64,000 nucleotides of DNA from Eledone cirrhosa (GCA_964016885.1 OZ024742.1:154318001-154382000), one strand, 5' to 3'; shown: positions 15,790-28,695, numbered from the stretch's first letter. Numbers and translations: made by a program. The notes: generated by a model from the letters alone, not told the origin.

Positions 15790-15853
15790 CTATTCTCAGT
15801 TAAGTCTCCAGGCAATGCGCGGACACTGGCGGCTCATATAAAAATATAAATAT

Positions 15854-15941
<88 letters not shown>

Positions 15942-16105
15942 ATATTTATATTTATATTTATATATGTTTGATATAACTATAAATATGTAGGGTAGTGCTA
16001 AGTACTAGCCGGGTACCGGTATGACAAAAGGCTCAATGCAAGTGTTTTACAGAGCCGAGATACAAAGTATTAAAACGATCAAATTTTAGTTTAGAACATT
16101 TATTA

Positions 16106-16150
16106 GCTGACAATTGTTTCTTCCAGAAGGAAGTCTGGCTCCATCGGAGC
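16106..16150 (-). ncRNA. Hammerhead-like motif with variant core
   Basis: gct-CCGATGG-agccaga-cttcct-tctgg-aa-GAAAC-AATT-GTC-agc. Confidence 0.5.
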
Positions 16151-16460
16151 ATAAGGAATGTCGAAAACGTGTAACTAGAATCCTAGTCATTTACAACATT
16201 TAGGCTACATAGTTGTTATTAGTGTCAAAGGCATCATATAGAGATTCAGGAGTTAAAAAGATGTTCCGATTGAAATAACACGATTACAGGCAGCACTGGT
16301 TGGAAGTGTAATAGGTATAAGTAAAAATAAAAAAAGCTCAAACAAAAAAACACAAGCAAAAAGAAAAAAAGTGAAATAAGTTATAAGCAAGGACGATTGG
16401 TGTACAATGCAGGAGTCAATACAGTCAATAATGCATGTATGAGGAAAGATATATATATAT

Positions 16461-16763
16461 ATAGTGAAAGATTGAAGAAAAACATAGTCGGCTGTACAAA
16501 AAGGTTTTATTTCTAGTGTTAACAATTGTTTCATTGATCAGGTGAGTCTATAGGCCCCTAATCACTCGAAGTTGTGTCAATCGAACTTAAATACAGTGTA
16601 TTCCGATGATTTGATCAGAGTTAAACACTGTATTTAAGATCGAGTGACGCAACTTCGAGTGATTAGAGGCCTTTAGCCTCACCTGATCAATGAAACAATT
16701 GTTAATACTAGAAATAAAACATTTGTGTACAGCCGACCATGTTTTTATTCAATCTTTCACTAT
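16461..16763. repeat. ~140-bp-arm palindrome (fold-back PLE end) containing a hammerhead
   Basis: 16461-16599 is the reverse complement of 16625-16763. Confidence 0.9.
16599..16707 (+). ncRNA. Type-I hammerhead (U4C core variant)
   Basis: tatt-CCGATGA-t-ttgatcag...ctgatcaa-t-GAAAC-AATT-GTT-aata. Confidence 0.65.
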
Positions 16764-17441
16764 TATTACTCCAAGAATAACCCGCATAGGAATTCTCACG
16801 AACTCGCTACCTAACGATGGAAGCCTCATGTAGAGTCAAGCAACGCCGTACGTTAAAACTATCCACAATACGGAGTACTCACAACCTCTGACTGGATTAC
16901 CTATAACGATAACTTGTTATCCCATATATATATATATATATCACTGCATCACGCATGTATTTCCCTGTATTCACACGTGCTACAGGTCAGTTACTATAGA
17001 CATCGTTAGTAGTGGGGACAATATCAACCTGAGCACATGCTTATTATCCAAGACCTCAATTTGAACCCACTTATACGGTGAAACAATCTCTTACTGAGTT
17101 TTTACATTTGCGATTTAATTATGAGGTAGGATTTTCATTTTAATTTATCCTTTTAATTATTATGTTTCTCTTATACCTCTCTTAGTTTATATTCCCTTCA
17201 CGCTGGGGGTTAAAATCCTTTAAATGAAAACACACTCTCTGTGTGTCTTTCCTCTCTATATTGTATATAGTCATGCAATTGACTTATGTTTCGTCACTAT
17301 TATAACTCCGGAACTTATATCTTCGTTGAGTGCTCCCTATCCGCATACTGAAGTACTGGATTTGACCAACACTTACTTTCTTGCTTACCCCATGCTCCAC
17401 ACCCTGCTGAGCGCTTCATACAGTAGCGGACCGCAGCCAAT

Positions 17442-20120
17442 ACGAATAAACTCACTACTCTGGCATCACTGAAGGACATCCCATTACCGGGTAAAAGAGA
17501 ATACACAAGGAATCTCACTAAGAGTACTGACTCCCTAATACGCAGGATGAGGTGGAGGGTTTACCACTTTGATAGAGGAAACCCCAATATTAATAACCAA
17601 AAAACCATGGAGTGCCTCTTTGGATCAAGAAGAAACCCCCCTCCCACACCATACGATTGGAGGAGTTTGAGAACGAAATGATTGGCATCATTTCCAACAT
17701 CAAATTTTCCGACCAACCATACCGGGGTCGAGAGTACTTTAGACGACTGGAAAATGGAATTACCGAGCTTAAGGTATCTACAGGAATACTCGTCCATGCA
17801 GACAAAACCAACAAACTTTACAGCATGGACGTTCAACTTTACCATGAGCTAATCCTCAGGGAAGTGAGAAAAAGCTACAAAAAAACGCCCGAGTCCTCCC
17901 TGGAGGATATCAACACCAAGGCTTATGAGATCATTTCTGGTCTTGGTATAGATGATAGGACGGCCCCATACTAACCAAGGGAGCCGAGGATTACCATTAA
18001 GGACCACAAACCTAACTTCGAGTCTAACCTGCCGGTCAGACTGATAGCCCCCTCCCGGTCAGACATGGGGATTATTAGCAAAATTATTTTAGATAGAATG
18101 CTGCCCACACTTAAGAATAAAATAAGGTTACAACTCTGGTCCTGCAGCAGCCAAGTGCTGGACTGGTTTACATTTTTACCTGAAAACATGGGACTAGCTT
18201 CATACAACTAGACATCAATAAATATTACTCCTCTATATCGACCATAGTCCTGAACAAGGCACTCATATTCGCGATGAATAGGACAGACCTAACACGCGAC
18301 GAGGTCCAAATCATACACGCCGCCAGAAAGACCCTCATCCGATTCGGTGGGGATATATGGAGCCGGAGCGACGGGCCAAATAATTTTGACATTACAATGG
18401 GCTCCAGTGACTACGCGCAGCTAAAGGACTTGGTTGGGATATACATACTCTACGAGATCAGGAGAGAAATAACCAACCTGAGTGGCGGGCTGTACCGAGA
18501 CGACGCACTCTTCACCGTAGTGGACCACAGCACCACATTGGTCGAAAATATGAAGAGAAGAATTAGGCACTTATTTAGTAAGGTAGGACTAAAAGTCGAG
18601 ATGGTACCCAATAGAAAAGTAGTGAATTTCCTGGACACCACCCTCAACCTCAACACCAAGCTACACCACCCATATCATAAACCCAATGAGAAGCTGGTGT
18701 ATATCAACGCTGAGTCTAACCACCCAAGATCTATAGTTAAGGCCGTAGTTAAGAGTGTCTCTGACAGGATCTCTAACTTGTCAGCCAATGAAGAGATCTT
18801 CAATAGTAACGCTGACTTCTATAACTCAGCTCTAGCGAAGGCGTCCCACAGCGATACGATCAGCTATAACCCTAAGGGACATGATCGAGATGACCCAAGG
18901 GTACCCCGAACCAATACCCTCAGGGGCATGAGTCGCCCACCTAATACCTCGGTAACTGGTGGTAACACTCCCAGACCCCTATCCGTCACCACACCCGGTA
19001 GAAGGTCTCGCATACGCCACCGGTCTAATACCTACAACGCTGAAGACCACTGTGCTGCGGAGCATAGACACCACTGCATCGGCCCCACCACCCGCCGAAT
19101 CCTAATTGAGCAGGGAGGCCGTGCCTCGCAGGTTTATAGCCCCACGGTGGGCCTATATAACCCTCATGATAGTGACCGCTCCGCATACCCAAGTGACACC
19201 AACCGAGCTCGACCTGAGCTGTGCACAACCACGCGATGGCCCACGGCGAACACCCAACAACCCCGCAAGAATAGGACCAGGAAGTTCACATGGTATAACC
19301 CTCCCAACTCGGTGGGTCTACGCACCAGCCTGGCTAAAACATTCTTTAGAGTACTGGATATATGTTTCCCTGGGGCCCATAAGTACCATAAAATATTCAA
19401 CAGGCACACGGTGAAACTTTCCTACTCAACCACACGCTTCGTGGCCCAGCACATAACTGGCATAAATAGGAATAGGCTCACTGCCTCTAATGCCACTGTA
19501 AACTCCGGAGCCACCCAACAGAACCAGAACGCGGGACGCATCGGAAACCGGACAGGCCCAACTACCACACCGGAACTCAACGACCCTGTGCTGATTGCGG
19601 AGGCTACCCAGCCAACCCCGAGTGATGCTAACCACACGGTACATGTGGTGGGGCTTAAGAAGTCATGTAATTCAGAGATCTGTCGCTATGCCCCCTTAGT
19701 AATGAATGCATGACCAAAAACGTGGTATACAGGTGCAAGGTCACAACCCCTAACTCGTAGCACCCCTACATAGGATCCACAGCGAGGGGCTTCGAAGCTC
19801 TGTGGTATAACCATCGCCATTTCTTTAACAGAATAGGTAAGAGGAAATGTACGGCCCTTTCTGAACTGATCTGGAAGCTCAAAGTTGAAAAGACCCCGCA
19901 CTCACTGGTCTGGTCCGTGGTTACAAAGGTTCCCCCAGACAGAGGCGGGTCTGGTATTTGCAACCGCTGTCTTAGTGAGACACTCGAGATTCTTCATGGC
20001 GGAACCAAGCTATTAAACAGAAGGGCCGACTTATTCGGTGCCTGCAGACACCTAGGGAAATGAACTTTCCTCAAGCTATATGGATACACCTCGGTTACGG
20101 CCTCCCACAAGAACAAGGTA
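17442..20120 (+). pseudogene. PLE reverse transcriptase / GIY-YIG polyprotein (stops and frameshifts)
   Basis: Motifs: SLKDIPLP..RRMRWR, ADKTNKLY, ITIKDHKPNF, FDITMGS, GLYRDDAL, VNFLDTTLNL, YINAESNHP, WYNPP, IFNRHTVKLSYS, CPLSNEC-NVVY-YIGST, CNRCLSE, CRH. Confidence 0.93.
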
Positions 20121-20370
20121 GGTACCAATGACCATTGGACAACAAAAACCACCCATGGTGCGCGGTCCTTATGGTGGATGGTCCACCGGAACCTCTACTG
20201 GTTGGGAGTCATCTAAACAATGTTTTATTGAACCTGATTTTATATATATATATATATGTATCATGTGTATATATATATGTGTATTTTATGTGCGAATATA
20301 TGCGTATCTTTTATATATGTGTGCGTATCTGTATGTATATATTATATACATATATGTGTGTATGTGTGTG

Positions 20371-20413
<43 letters not shown>

Positions 20414-20723
20414 ATGTCTTACGTGTGTATATATTTTGTGTGTGTGTGTGTACCTAGGAATATATATATTTTTTTATCTTTTTGTATGTATATATTTCAT
20501 ATATATGCATGTTCTGTGTATATATATATTTTATATATATGTATATATATATTGGTGTATACTTGTGCGTACATGCATGCATGCATATGTATATATGCAA
20601 ACCTGTATAGATTTGTGTGTGTAGATGTGTGAGTGTTTGAGGGGGTAGGTTTGAGTGTATGTACAAGTGAACCAGCATAAACCCTTTATTTCTAAATGTT
20701 CTAAACTATCTAATGACTGGAAT

Positions 20724-20910
20724 GTGGATTGGCAGTATCAATAGAGAGTCGGACGCCATGCTTTCCAGCATAGTTACGTCCCTTTACGATCTGAGTTCAA
20801 ATCCCGCCGAGGTTGACTTTGCCTTTCATCCTTACGGCGTCGATAAAATAAAGTACCAGTAATGCACTGGATAATTGCTGGCCTTGTGCCTAAAGTAGAA
20901 ACAATTATAT
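20724..20910 (+). mobile_element. tRNA-derived SINE
   Basis: Family consensus match; first of a tandem pair. Confidence 0.9.
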
Positions 20911-20915
20911 TAAGT

Positions 20916-21106
20916 TGGTGGATTGGCAGTATCTGTAGAGGGTCGGACGCCATGCTTTCCAGCATAGTTACGTCCCTTTACGATCTGAGTTCAAATCCAG
21001 CCGAGGTTAACTTTGCCTTTCATCCTTACGGGGTCGATAAAATAAAGTACCAGTAATGTACTGGGTAATTGCTGGCCTTGTGCCTAACGTAGAAACAATT
21101 ATATTA
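20916..21106 (+). mobile_element. tRNA-derived SINE
   Basis: Family consensus match; second of a tandem pair. Confidence 0.9.
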
Positions 21107-21572
21107 AGTATTACCACCCCACTTTTTGTATGTGTAGAAGTGTGTATGTGTCTGTGGAGGTGTGTGTGAGTGTAGTGCAAGCCAACCTACAGAAGCCTTT
21201 TTATTTCTAAACTTTCTACTCCAACTATAATTTTCAGTAGCACCACTCCACATAAATTCCTCAATTTAAGAATGACCTGTAGTATCTATTTCATACTATT
21301 ATCCTTATTTCAAAATATATCTGACCAAGAATGCCTCTTGTGAAAATCAGTCATGTGGAACTATTTTCATCTTGCCTGATGGTTTGAACCCTACAGAACC
21401 ACCTGCTTCTTTGAGGTCAAATACCAACCTACTACTATCTACAAACTGACCAATGAGAATCAAGACTATTCCTGCTGACAACATCAAAATATACCTAACA
21501 AGCTCATATGTCCAAAGGCTCTGATACCATCAACACTATACACACAGAGCTGGCACATTTAAGAACTGACTA

Positions 21573-21628
21573 ACTGCCTGATGATACCATAGCCCTTCAA
21601 TGGCTATCATCGAAATATATATAGCAGT
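21573..21628 (+). ncRNA. Minimal type-I hammerhead at PLE 3' end
   Basis: actgc-CTGATGA-tacc-atagcc/ggctat-catc-GAAAT-ATAT-ATA-gcagt. Confidence 0.8.
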
Positions 21629-21763
21629 AAATATAGGATTATGAGTTCATGCAATTGACTTATGTTTCGTCACTATTTATATACATATATATGTAGATAA
21701 GAAGATAAATAGATAGAGAAATATATAGATTGATAGCTATATAGATAAATAGATAGGGAGATA

Positions 21764-21834
<71 letters not shown>

Positions 21835-21939
21835 GGTGCTGAGAATTGGGGAGGCCATAAATCATGGTTGTACATAAATTGTAATGTGTGTTTCTCTATC
21901 TTTTTCTGTGTATGTATGGGTGTATCTACACGAAAGCAT

Positions 21940-22130
21940 GCGGTGGATTGGCAGTATCGGTAGAGGGTAGGACGCATGCTTTGCAGCAAAGAGTTACGGC
22001 CTTTTATGGTCTAAGTTTAAATCCGCTGAGGCTAACTTTGCCTTTCATCTTGAAGGGGTCGATACAAAAAAAAGTACCAGTAATACACTGGAATAATTGC
22101 TGGCCTTGTGCCAAAAGTAGTAACAATTAT
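21940..22130 (+). mobile_element. tRNA-derived SINE
   Basis: Family consensus match. Confidence 0.85.
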
Positions 22131-25100
22131 TAAGTAATATTATGAGCTCAGCAAAACGAGTTGCCATAAAGAAGGCATCTAATATTTATTATCTTCTACA
22201 TTTTGTATTCAATATTGTACTGTATAGTTATGGAGGATATTGCTGCCCGTTTTGTTTTCAATTCTTCATTCAGAATTGTAATCCTTGATATAGCATTGTG
22301 TATATTCAAATTTTAGACCTACATCTGTTCCGACAAGGAGTGCTCCAGTTATTTCAAAAAAAAGAACAACATACTCATTATAAGTACATGCAATTTATTC
22401 AGATGCAGGTACCCTTAATATAATTCGCAGGAGGTTTTAGTTTGATACATTGTTTAACAAGATTAATTCTTTGAATTGCAGGTAAAATTGATTTTTTGCC
22501 TCCTGTATAAACTGTAGCAACCTGAGATAAAGTCGTGCATTTGTAGCAATTCATTTTTGAATGAGAGATGTCAGTGATTATATATTTTACTATTTAAAAA
22601 AAACTAAAATCGATATTCATGATGCCAATACCATCCGAGCTTACTATAGATGGAAATATTACAGGCTTGACATGAAGTGTCAATACTACATGTCGATGAC
22701 TATAAGGGGCGTGAACGAATGATTGGCGATATTAGTTGGCAAATATTGAATGGTCGTGGTGTACAGGAGTCTATTGATGTAGTTCATAGAAATTGACGGA
22801 GTAAACAAAATGATGCCTTTTAGAAAACTTATTTGGTAGAATGTGGAGCAGAATAACTAACGTCAGCACTCGTTATAGAAGAACTAACTGATAGAATAAT
22901 ATCGTACCAAATATGTAATACCGAATTAAATGCAATACACCAGTATATTTGAATTATGGAAGCAGCAATAGTACTCATGTATACAGCATTACATAGGCAG
23001 TCGAAGACACACTAGTTTCTGATGTGAGACGAACATCCTCCCCGCCAATCCACGCTCTTTCCTGCATGTTCAAATAGATTTTTCATATACAGAAAGAAAC
23101 ATAATTTGTAAAAGTATTGGATGCTTTTCCTTCCCTTCAAGGAACACTAGATGCACCATTATGAGGCAGATATATTAATGTCAAATATTGTATACTATTA
23201 AGAAATGAGGGAAACATCTAAAAGGGGGAATAATATGTCCGTAACTGCCGCTATAACAACATATAGCTTCATGTGTTTGAAGCTCACTACAACATTAAAT
23301 AAACTAATATTAATTTAACTACATTTCTTTGTAAGGATGGCGTCTACTAGTAATTAATCACCGTGATTCATTATCTTGATGTTATGCTAATTTTCAACGG
23401 CTTCCCTATAGCACATCTCTAAGTTGCAATTACATATACCACGTTACACTGAGGGGCCTTAGTAATACGGAATCGTGTCATTTCTTGTGATTATAGTTAT
23501 GCAGAAAATAATGATGCATGAGGAATTACAAATGAACTTTGATTACATATGAATATATTACCTTGAAGTCTAACGTATCATGAAATCGTATATATGGTCA
23601 CTTCTGAAATTAAAAGGAAACTTCCAATTTGAAGAAATATCCTACAAATGTGCTGTAATATTTTTGATAGGGGCCAGAAAAGAGCCTATAAAGGATAGAT
23701 CATCCTTCTAGAAATATAACCAAATATCTCTTAAATCATTCCCCAACAACTTAACTGAGTAGATCTCGGATAATATAGTCTGATGTGCACAATAATCGAA
23801 AAACAATTTCTATAACCAAAGTAGAAACGTCTTTGGTTCGCTCTATAATTTTTTTTTTTTTTTTTTTGTAATTCTGGAGATGGTGCAGTTCTCATGAACT
23901 TCACAGTCTTTCGAATCTAGAAAATTTGGCATCGTTAATATTCCAATTGATGATTTGCAAGTCCACTTACTCATAAAATACACGATGAGAGGGAATGAGA
24001 TATGCTAGGCCTGAGTCTAGTGATAAGAATGGGACCTTCGTTATTGAACACATCATCGCGGTGAGAGGATGATTGTTGATGCATGAGTGTATATGTGCAG
24101 GTGATTAGAGACGAGACTTTCAACGAGCAGAGAACAACTAAATTAAAACGACAGAGTAGGAAGACACTACCTATGTGTGGAGAAGGTTGGCGAGTGACAG
24201 TGTGTGGCATTATATTGACTAGCCAAGTCAAATGTTTGTGGTTGCGGTCTCAGATGTTAGTAAGTGACATGATAACAGCATCCAATTAGGCTTCCCACTG
24301 GTGTTCATTATATAATGATTCATTTTAGTAGCTTGAATTATTTTCTGAATATGATGAATGTTCTCTGTCATTGAGATTCGGTTCTGATTATACTGATGAA
24401 GGATTTTCCATATGATAATTATTTGGGGATGACAAAGCTGATCATTGGTAGGGATCTCACGTGTCAGAATGGGTGATTTCCAAGAATATGATTATTACTA
24501 TTGGAAGAAAATTGTTTTTCATGATTTCAGTGGCTATGGGGATTATTATTGATGGAATCATTGTAGGATTGGAATGCCTATGAAGGGTACAACAGAATGT
24601 TTGGCGTTATCACCTAGAAACGTTTGAATGTTGTTGCTTGTGATGTAGAGGAGGTGATTGAAATAGATCATGGAAATTTGGGAAGATAAAAACAAACATT
24701 CCTATGAAAGGACAGATTTGGTAGAATGTGGGGCAAAATGAGAACAGTGGTACTCATGAGGATACGACTAACTTAGAGAAATTATCACGCATACATTATG
24801 ATATATATATATTATATAGAAGTGAAATATACCTGTAGAGCTGAATTACGGAAAAAATAACTATGACGAGTAAGGAAAGCAGTACAGATACTGAGAAAGC
24901 AGGATGAGAACCAGCATCATTAAGGTGTGGTAAATAAGAGAAATCTTTGAATCCGGAGCAGATATTTAGGTAGAGAAATTTCGACTTCAGTTTGTGAATT
25001 GGATAATGTTGTGTTGGGTATTGAAATTTCGACTTCAGTATGTGAATTGAGTAATGCTGTAATTGGGTTGATCTGTATGATAAAAGGTTTATAACATATG

Positions 25101-26190
25101 TTTCAACTTCTTCTTCTTCTTCTTCTTAGATACAGACCCAGAGCTAGATGGTTGGTTAATATCCATGAGCTCTTCTTGCTTGGGGATTCAGGCGAATATT
25201 TTGGAGACAAGATCGACAGTAAGGAGTTCTTGAGGACTCTGTCTCCACACATCTCGTAGTGGAAGAAGAAGAAGAAGAATATAATCCTTTCCGCATATTT
25301 ACGGGATTTTATTAACATTGAACATAGAATTAGAATGTAAGAAATAATAAAAAAAATCTCCCATAAAACTGTAGTAGTTAAAGCGTCCGAAATTGCTTTC
25401 CATTGATTGAATTTTGACGGTGAATATCTTAATGAGTGAGAGAGGAAAAATATAAAATTAAAATAAACACCCGAACCCATTAAATTAGAATAGTAAATGT
25501 CCGAGTGTTGTTTATTCTTTTTATTTTTAAGAAGAGCACAATAGAAAATAAAGTGCTAATTCATGCTAAAACATATCAAAGAATATTTCAGTTTGTGTCA
25601 CTAAGGCAGAGCATAGAAAAAGACTAAAAAAATCTAATTACCCAAGAGTTATGAAAATGTGTTTACTTAATAAAAATATCCAAATGGAATTTATTCACTT
25701 AGAATTTGAAGAAAAAAAAGTTAAATAAAAAATATATAGAAAGAAAATTTGATTATTTAAAATATCAAAAGTAATAAGATAAGGGGGGGGGGGGGGGAAT
25801 CATACAAGACAAGAAATTTGTTGTGAGAACATAATAAAAAAATGTTATTAGCTTAGGGAAAGAAAAAGATTGGGAACTTTTTTCCAGCATAATATTTTTG
25901 TAAGTTTTGTTTGGTATTCTTTGTCTTGAGGTAATTAAATTTGTATTCTTGTATCTTAGAGCAAATATCGCTTGAAGAAAGAAACAATAGATTCGATGAA
26001 GCCATTATGAATTTATGTACACGCGTCGTTACTTGTAGATAAATGATTACACACCCATCCACTCACACATATTATGAACGTTTACACAACCACACGTCCC
26101 TGAACCAACAATATATTAATATATATATATATATAATAATGAAGAAATCAGTGCGCTTGAATCTTACATGATTTTATTGATTTTTTGTTA

Positions 26191-26250
26191 CAATTATATA
26201 TATTTCAGTGGTATCTATTATGTAATAGATACGACACCATCAGACAACTA
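26191..26250 (-). ncRNA. Degenerate hammerhead (PLE 3'-end relic next to (TA)n)
   Basis: CTGATGG-tgtc-gtatcta/tagatac-cact-GAAATATATATA. Confidence 0.45.
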
Positions 26251-27191
26251 CTGTTTAATTTTTTGTTCAATGTGTGATATGACCAATGTGGGTTTTGATG
26301 TTACTTCTCTAACGAGCAGCTGACATCTGGTTTCACTGTAAGACTCTCTAGCTAGCAACACTTCGTATGCTGTATTCATTCAATCTAATAATTCATGCAG
26401 TAGGATTGCATTTTTTATATTGTGTCACTGACTTGTCATTATCGTACATATCTCTCATCAAGCTGTTTCACTCTGTTGGAGGGTGAGGGTGAACATATGT
26501 TAATTATTAATGTTTCATAGTTTATACATAGCTGGTCAACCAGAAAAATTGCCGATATAAATCCATCAATATCCAGTAGTTTGGTAAATAAAGTGTCTTC
26601 CAGTTTTCTGTATTTTATTTTATACAGTGTATAGTTATCTGAAATTATTATTTCTAGAGGTAAAAAGAGACTTAAATGGATTTTCCTGCATTAGTATATT
26701 TAAATTACTAAATACTTGCGCTTTATATAGTGTTACGTGTAACAAGTATCATTGAAACTTACACTAATATATTACTAATACGTGTATAAAAGTAACATTT
26801 ACATTATTTCTTAAATCAACAAAACAAATCATTTCTCATAAATCTTTGGAAAACAGTAGGGGCGATAACGTTTGGGTATTTGTTTTTCAGGTATCATAAT
26901 CTATAAAGCTCAGTGTGTGGTCATACTCCTTCGTTATAGAAATCTACGATATAGAATTTCTTCAATTGAAATTTACAATTCAGTATTCGAAATAGTTCCG
27001 ATTGCGTCTTGACGGAGATAATTCTTTTCAATTTCACCCACAATTACGCAAAAAATAGATAAAACTCAATATTTTACGATTTTTCTCTCTCATTTAAACT
27101 GCTGAACCCTTTCTACTACCATTCAAAATCTATACAACTTCATACTTTCTGCTACTTTCTCTTTCCAAACTTGATGGTGATACTGTCCGTT

Positions 27192-27505
27192 CACACCACT
27201 CCCTACTGTCTTAAATTTAGAAAACACATATCCTCTATGAGGTTACTAAACCTGCTAGAAACAGCAGCTAACTCTCCCCCATATCACACCCCTCCCTACT
27301 ATCTTAAATTTAGAAAACATATCTTCTATGAGGTCACTAAACCTGCTAGAAACAGCAGCTAACTCTCCCCCATGTCACACCACTCCCTACTGTCTTAAAT
27401 TTAGAAAACACATATCCTCTATGAGGTCACTAAACCTGCTAGAAACAACAGCTAACTCTCCCTCATATCACAACCCTTCCTACTGTCTTAAATTTAGAAA
27501 ACACA
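27192..27505 (+). repeat. ~92-bp minisatellite, about 3.4 copies
   Basis: Unit: cacaccactccctactgtcttaaatttagaaaacacatatcctctatgaggtcactaaacctgctagaaacagcagctaactctccccca.. Confidence 0.9.
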
Positions 27506-27509
27506 CAGA

Positions 27510-27790
27510 CAACCATGCAGAACAACTCCATCGCAGCTCTGTTGTTCGGCTGGCATCGTTTACGCGCGTGTTGCGCAAGTACTGTGATACAATAAATGTC
27601 AACACTTTTTTGCACAGAGATAATATCCATAGGCGAAACTACATTGTCACTGCTGGCGCAGCTCATGCTTCCACGTCTGAAATTCATTCGCCCAGTGCCT
27701 GGCAGACAAAAAAGTGCTGCCATAAAATGGGTGGTGCAACCTAACTTTGGTAACTTAATGACCCCGAGCAACGCCGGGCTCTAATGCTAG
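27510..27790 (+). mobile_element. Non-autonomous Helitron-like 3' end
   Basis: GC hairpin cccg-agcaacgc-cggg (27763-27778) followed 8 nt later by CTAG|T, the canonical Helitron 3' terminus. The 5' end was not identified. Confidence 0.55.
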
Positions 27791-28695
27791 TTCTTTATAT
27801 TTGTCGAAGTTGGTCCTTCAACGAGAAGTCACGTAAAATTAGAATAAATTCCGGGTTGTTCTTTTTGTCTCTCAAGTTTAGTAAATGTTACATGTATTTG
27901 TTAAAAATATGAAGTATTACCAATTATCTATTTTGGTCTGATTCATTCATTTTATTACGTCTTAAATAGTTTTTAGATTGATAGTAGTATTTTTAAATCA
28001 TGTGGTAAAAGTCCCCGGGGAGGATTGAAGGATTCAAATTTTAAGATGATGGCGTTGAAGCTTTTTCGCAGTTTTGTATTTAACCTTATTTAAAAAGTAA
28101 TCTTCGACTTTTTTTAGTTTTCAGGATACAATTATTCTTAATATGTGATAACGAAAACTAATTTTATTTAAAATTGCTACGTTACCAATATTAAACAAGA
28201 AATCCTTGAGTCACCGTAGTCTCTTTGCGCTTCGATATGAATAATAGACACATTAGTATCTTAGCTGGACTATGTGTGCATTGAAAAAGGTGGACAATTT
28301 TGTTTGAACGTTGTGAAACAATTGAGGGTGCGGTTGGATTTCACATTGTTCCATATATATTGGCTAGATAATGATGGTTTATCTTGTATAGACTATAAGA
28401 ATACAAAGTCGTAATGTCTCGAAATGTGAAATAATATCTAATCAGGATGATGGAATCTATTTCACCTGCATTTTTGTCTGAATATATTGTTTGTTTCAGA
28501 CTGCATGATACATTAGACTACATAAAATGCCACTTGGACATTACGGATATATTATATTATCATTGTAACGCCCTTGGTAAATTGCAAATCGAGCTTAAGA
28601 AATATTACTTCATAGGTGTTCGCTATAATTAGTTTTTAAATAATTACATAATTCATTTTAAACGTATCTGGCTCCAGAAGCACCGATTCCGAAGG

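Larger units (their letters stand above)
17271..21677 (+). mobile_element. Near full-length Naiad-like Penelope element (two SINEs inserted in the 3' UTR)
   Basis: RT plus GIY-YIG pseudogene, a 3' HHR at 21573-21628 and a ~31-bp terminal direct repeat (tcatgcaattgacttatgtttcgtcactatt) at 17271 and 21647. Confidence 0.9.

Noticed and set aside
17126-17270. Possible retained intron (attatgag|GTAGGA...tatatAG|tcatgc) apparently spliced in the 3' copy (attatgag-t-tcatgc)
   Set aside because: Only 8 nt match upstream, with an extra base, and no further homology exists. 5' truncation near the HHR site is simpler. Not fully excluded.
19660-20065. Selenocysteine (UGA) recoding as reported for some Naiad elements
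   Set aside because: The intact conserved Cys positions are TGT/TGC here. The TGA codons seen fall at likely Trp or Gly positions and are copy-specific.
22690-22800. CR1-like linker peptide (DYKGRERMIGDISWQIL)
   Set aside because: Short, with no flanking endonuclease or RT motifs recognised.
24080-24300. Possible decayed GIY-YIG (YV..TRLSTSREQ)
   Set aside because: It needs frameshifts and lacks supporting motifs.
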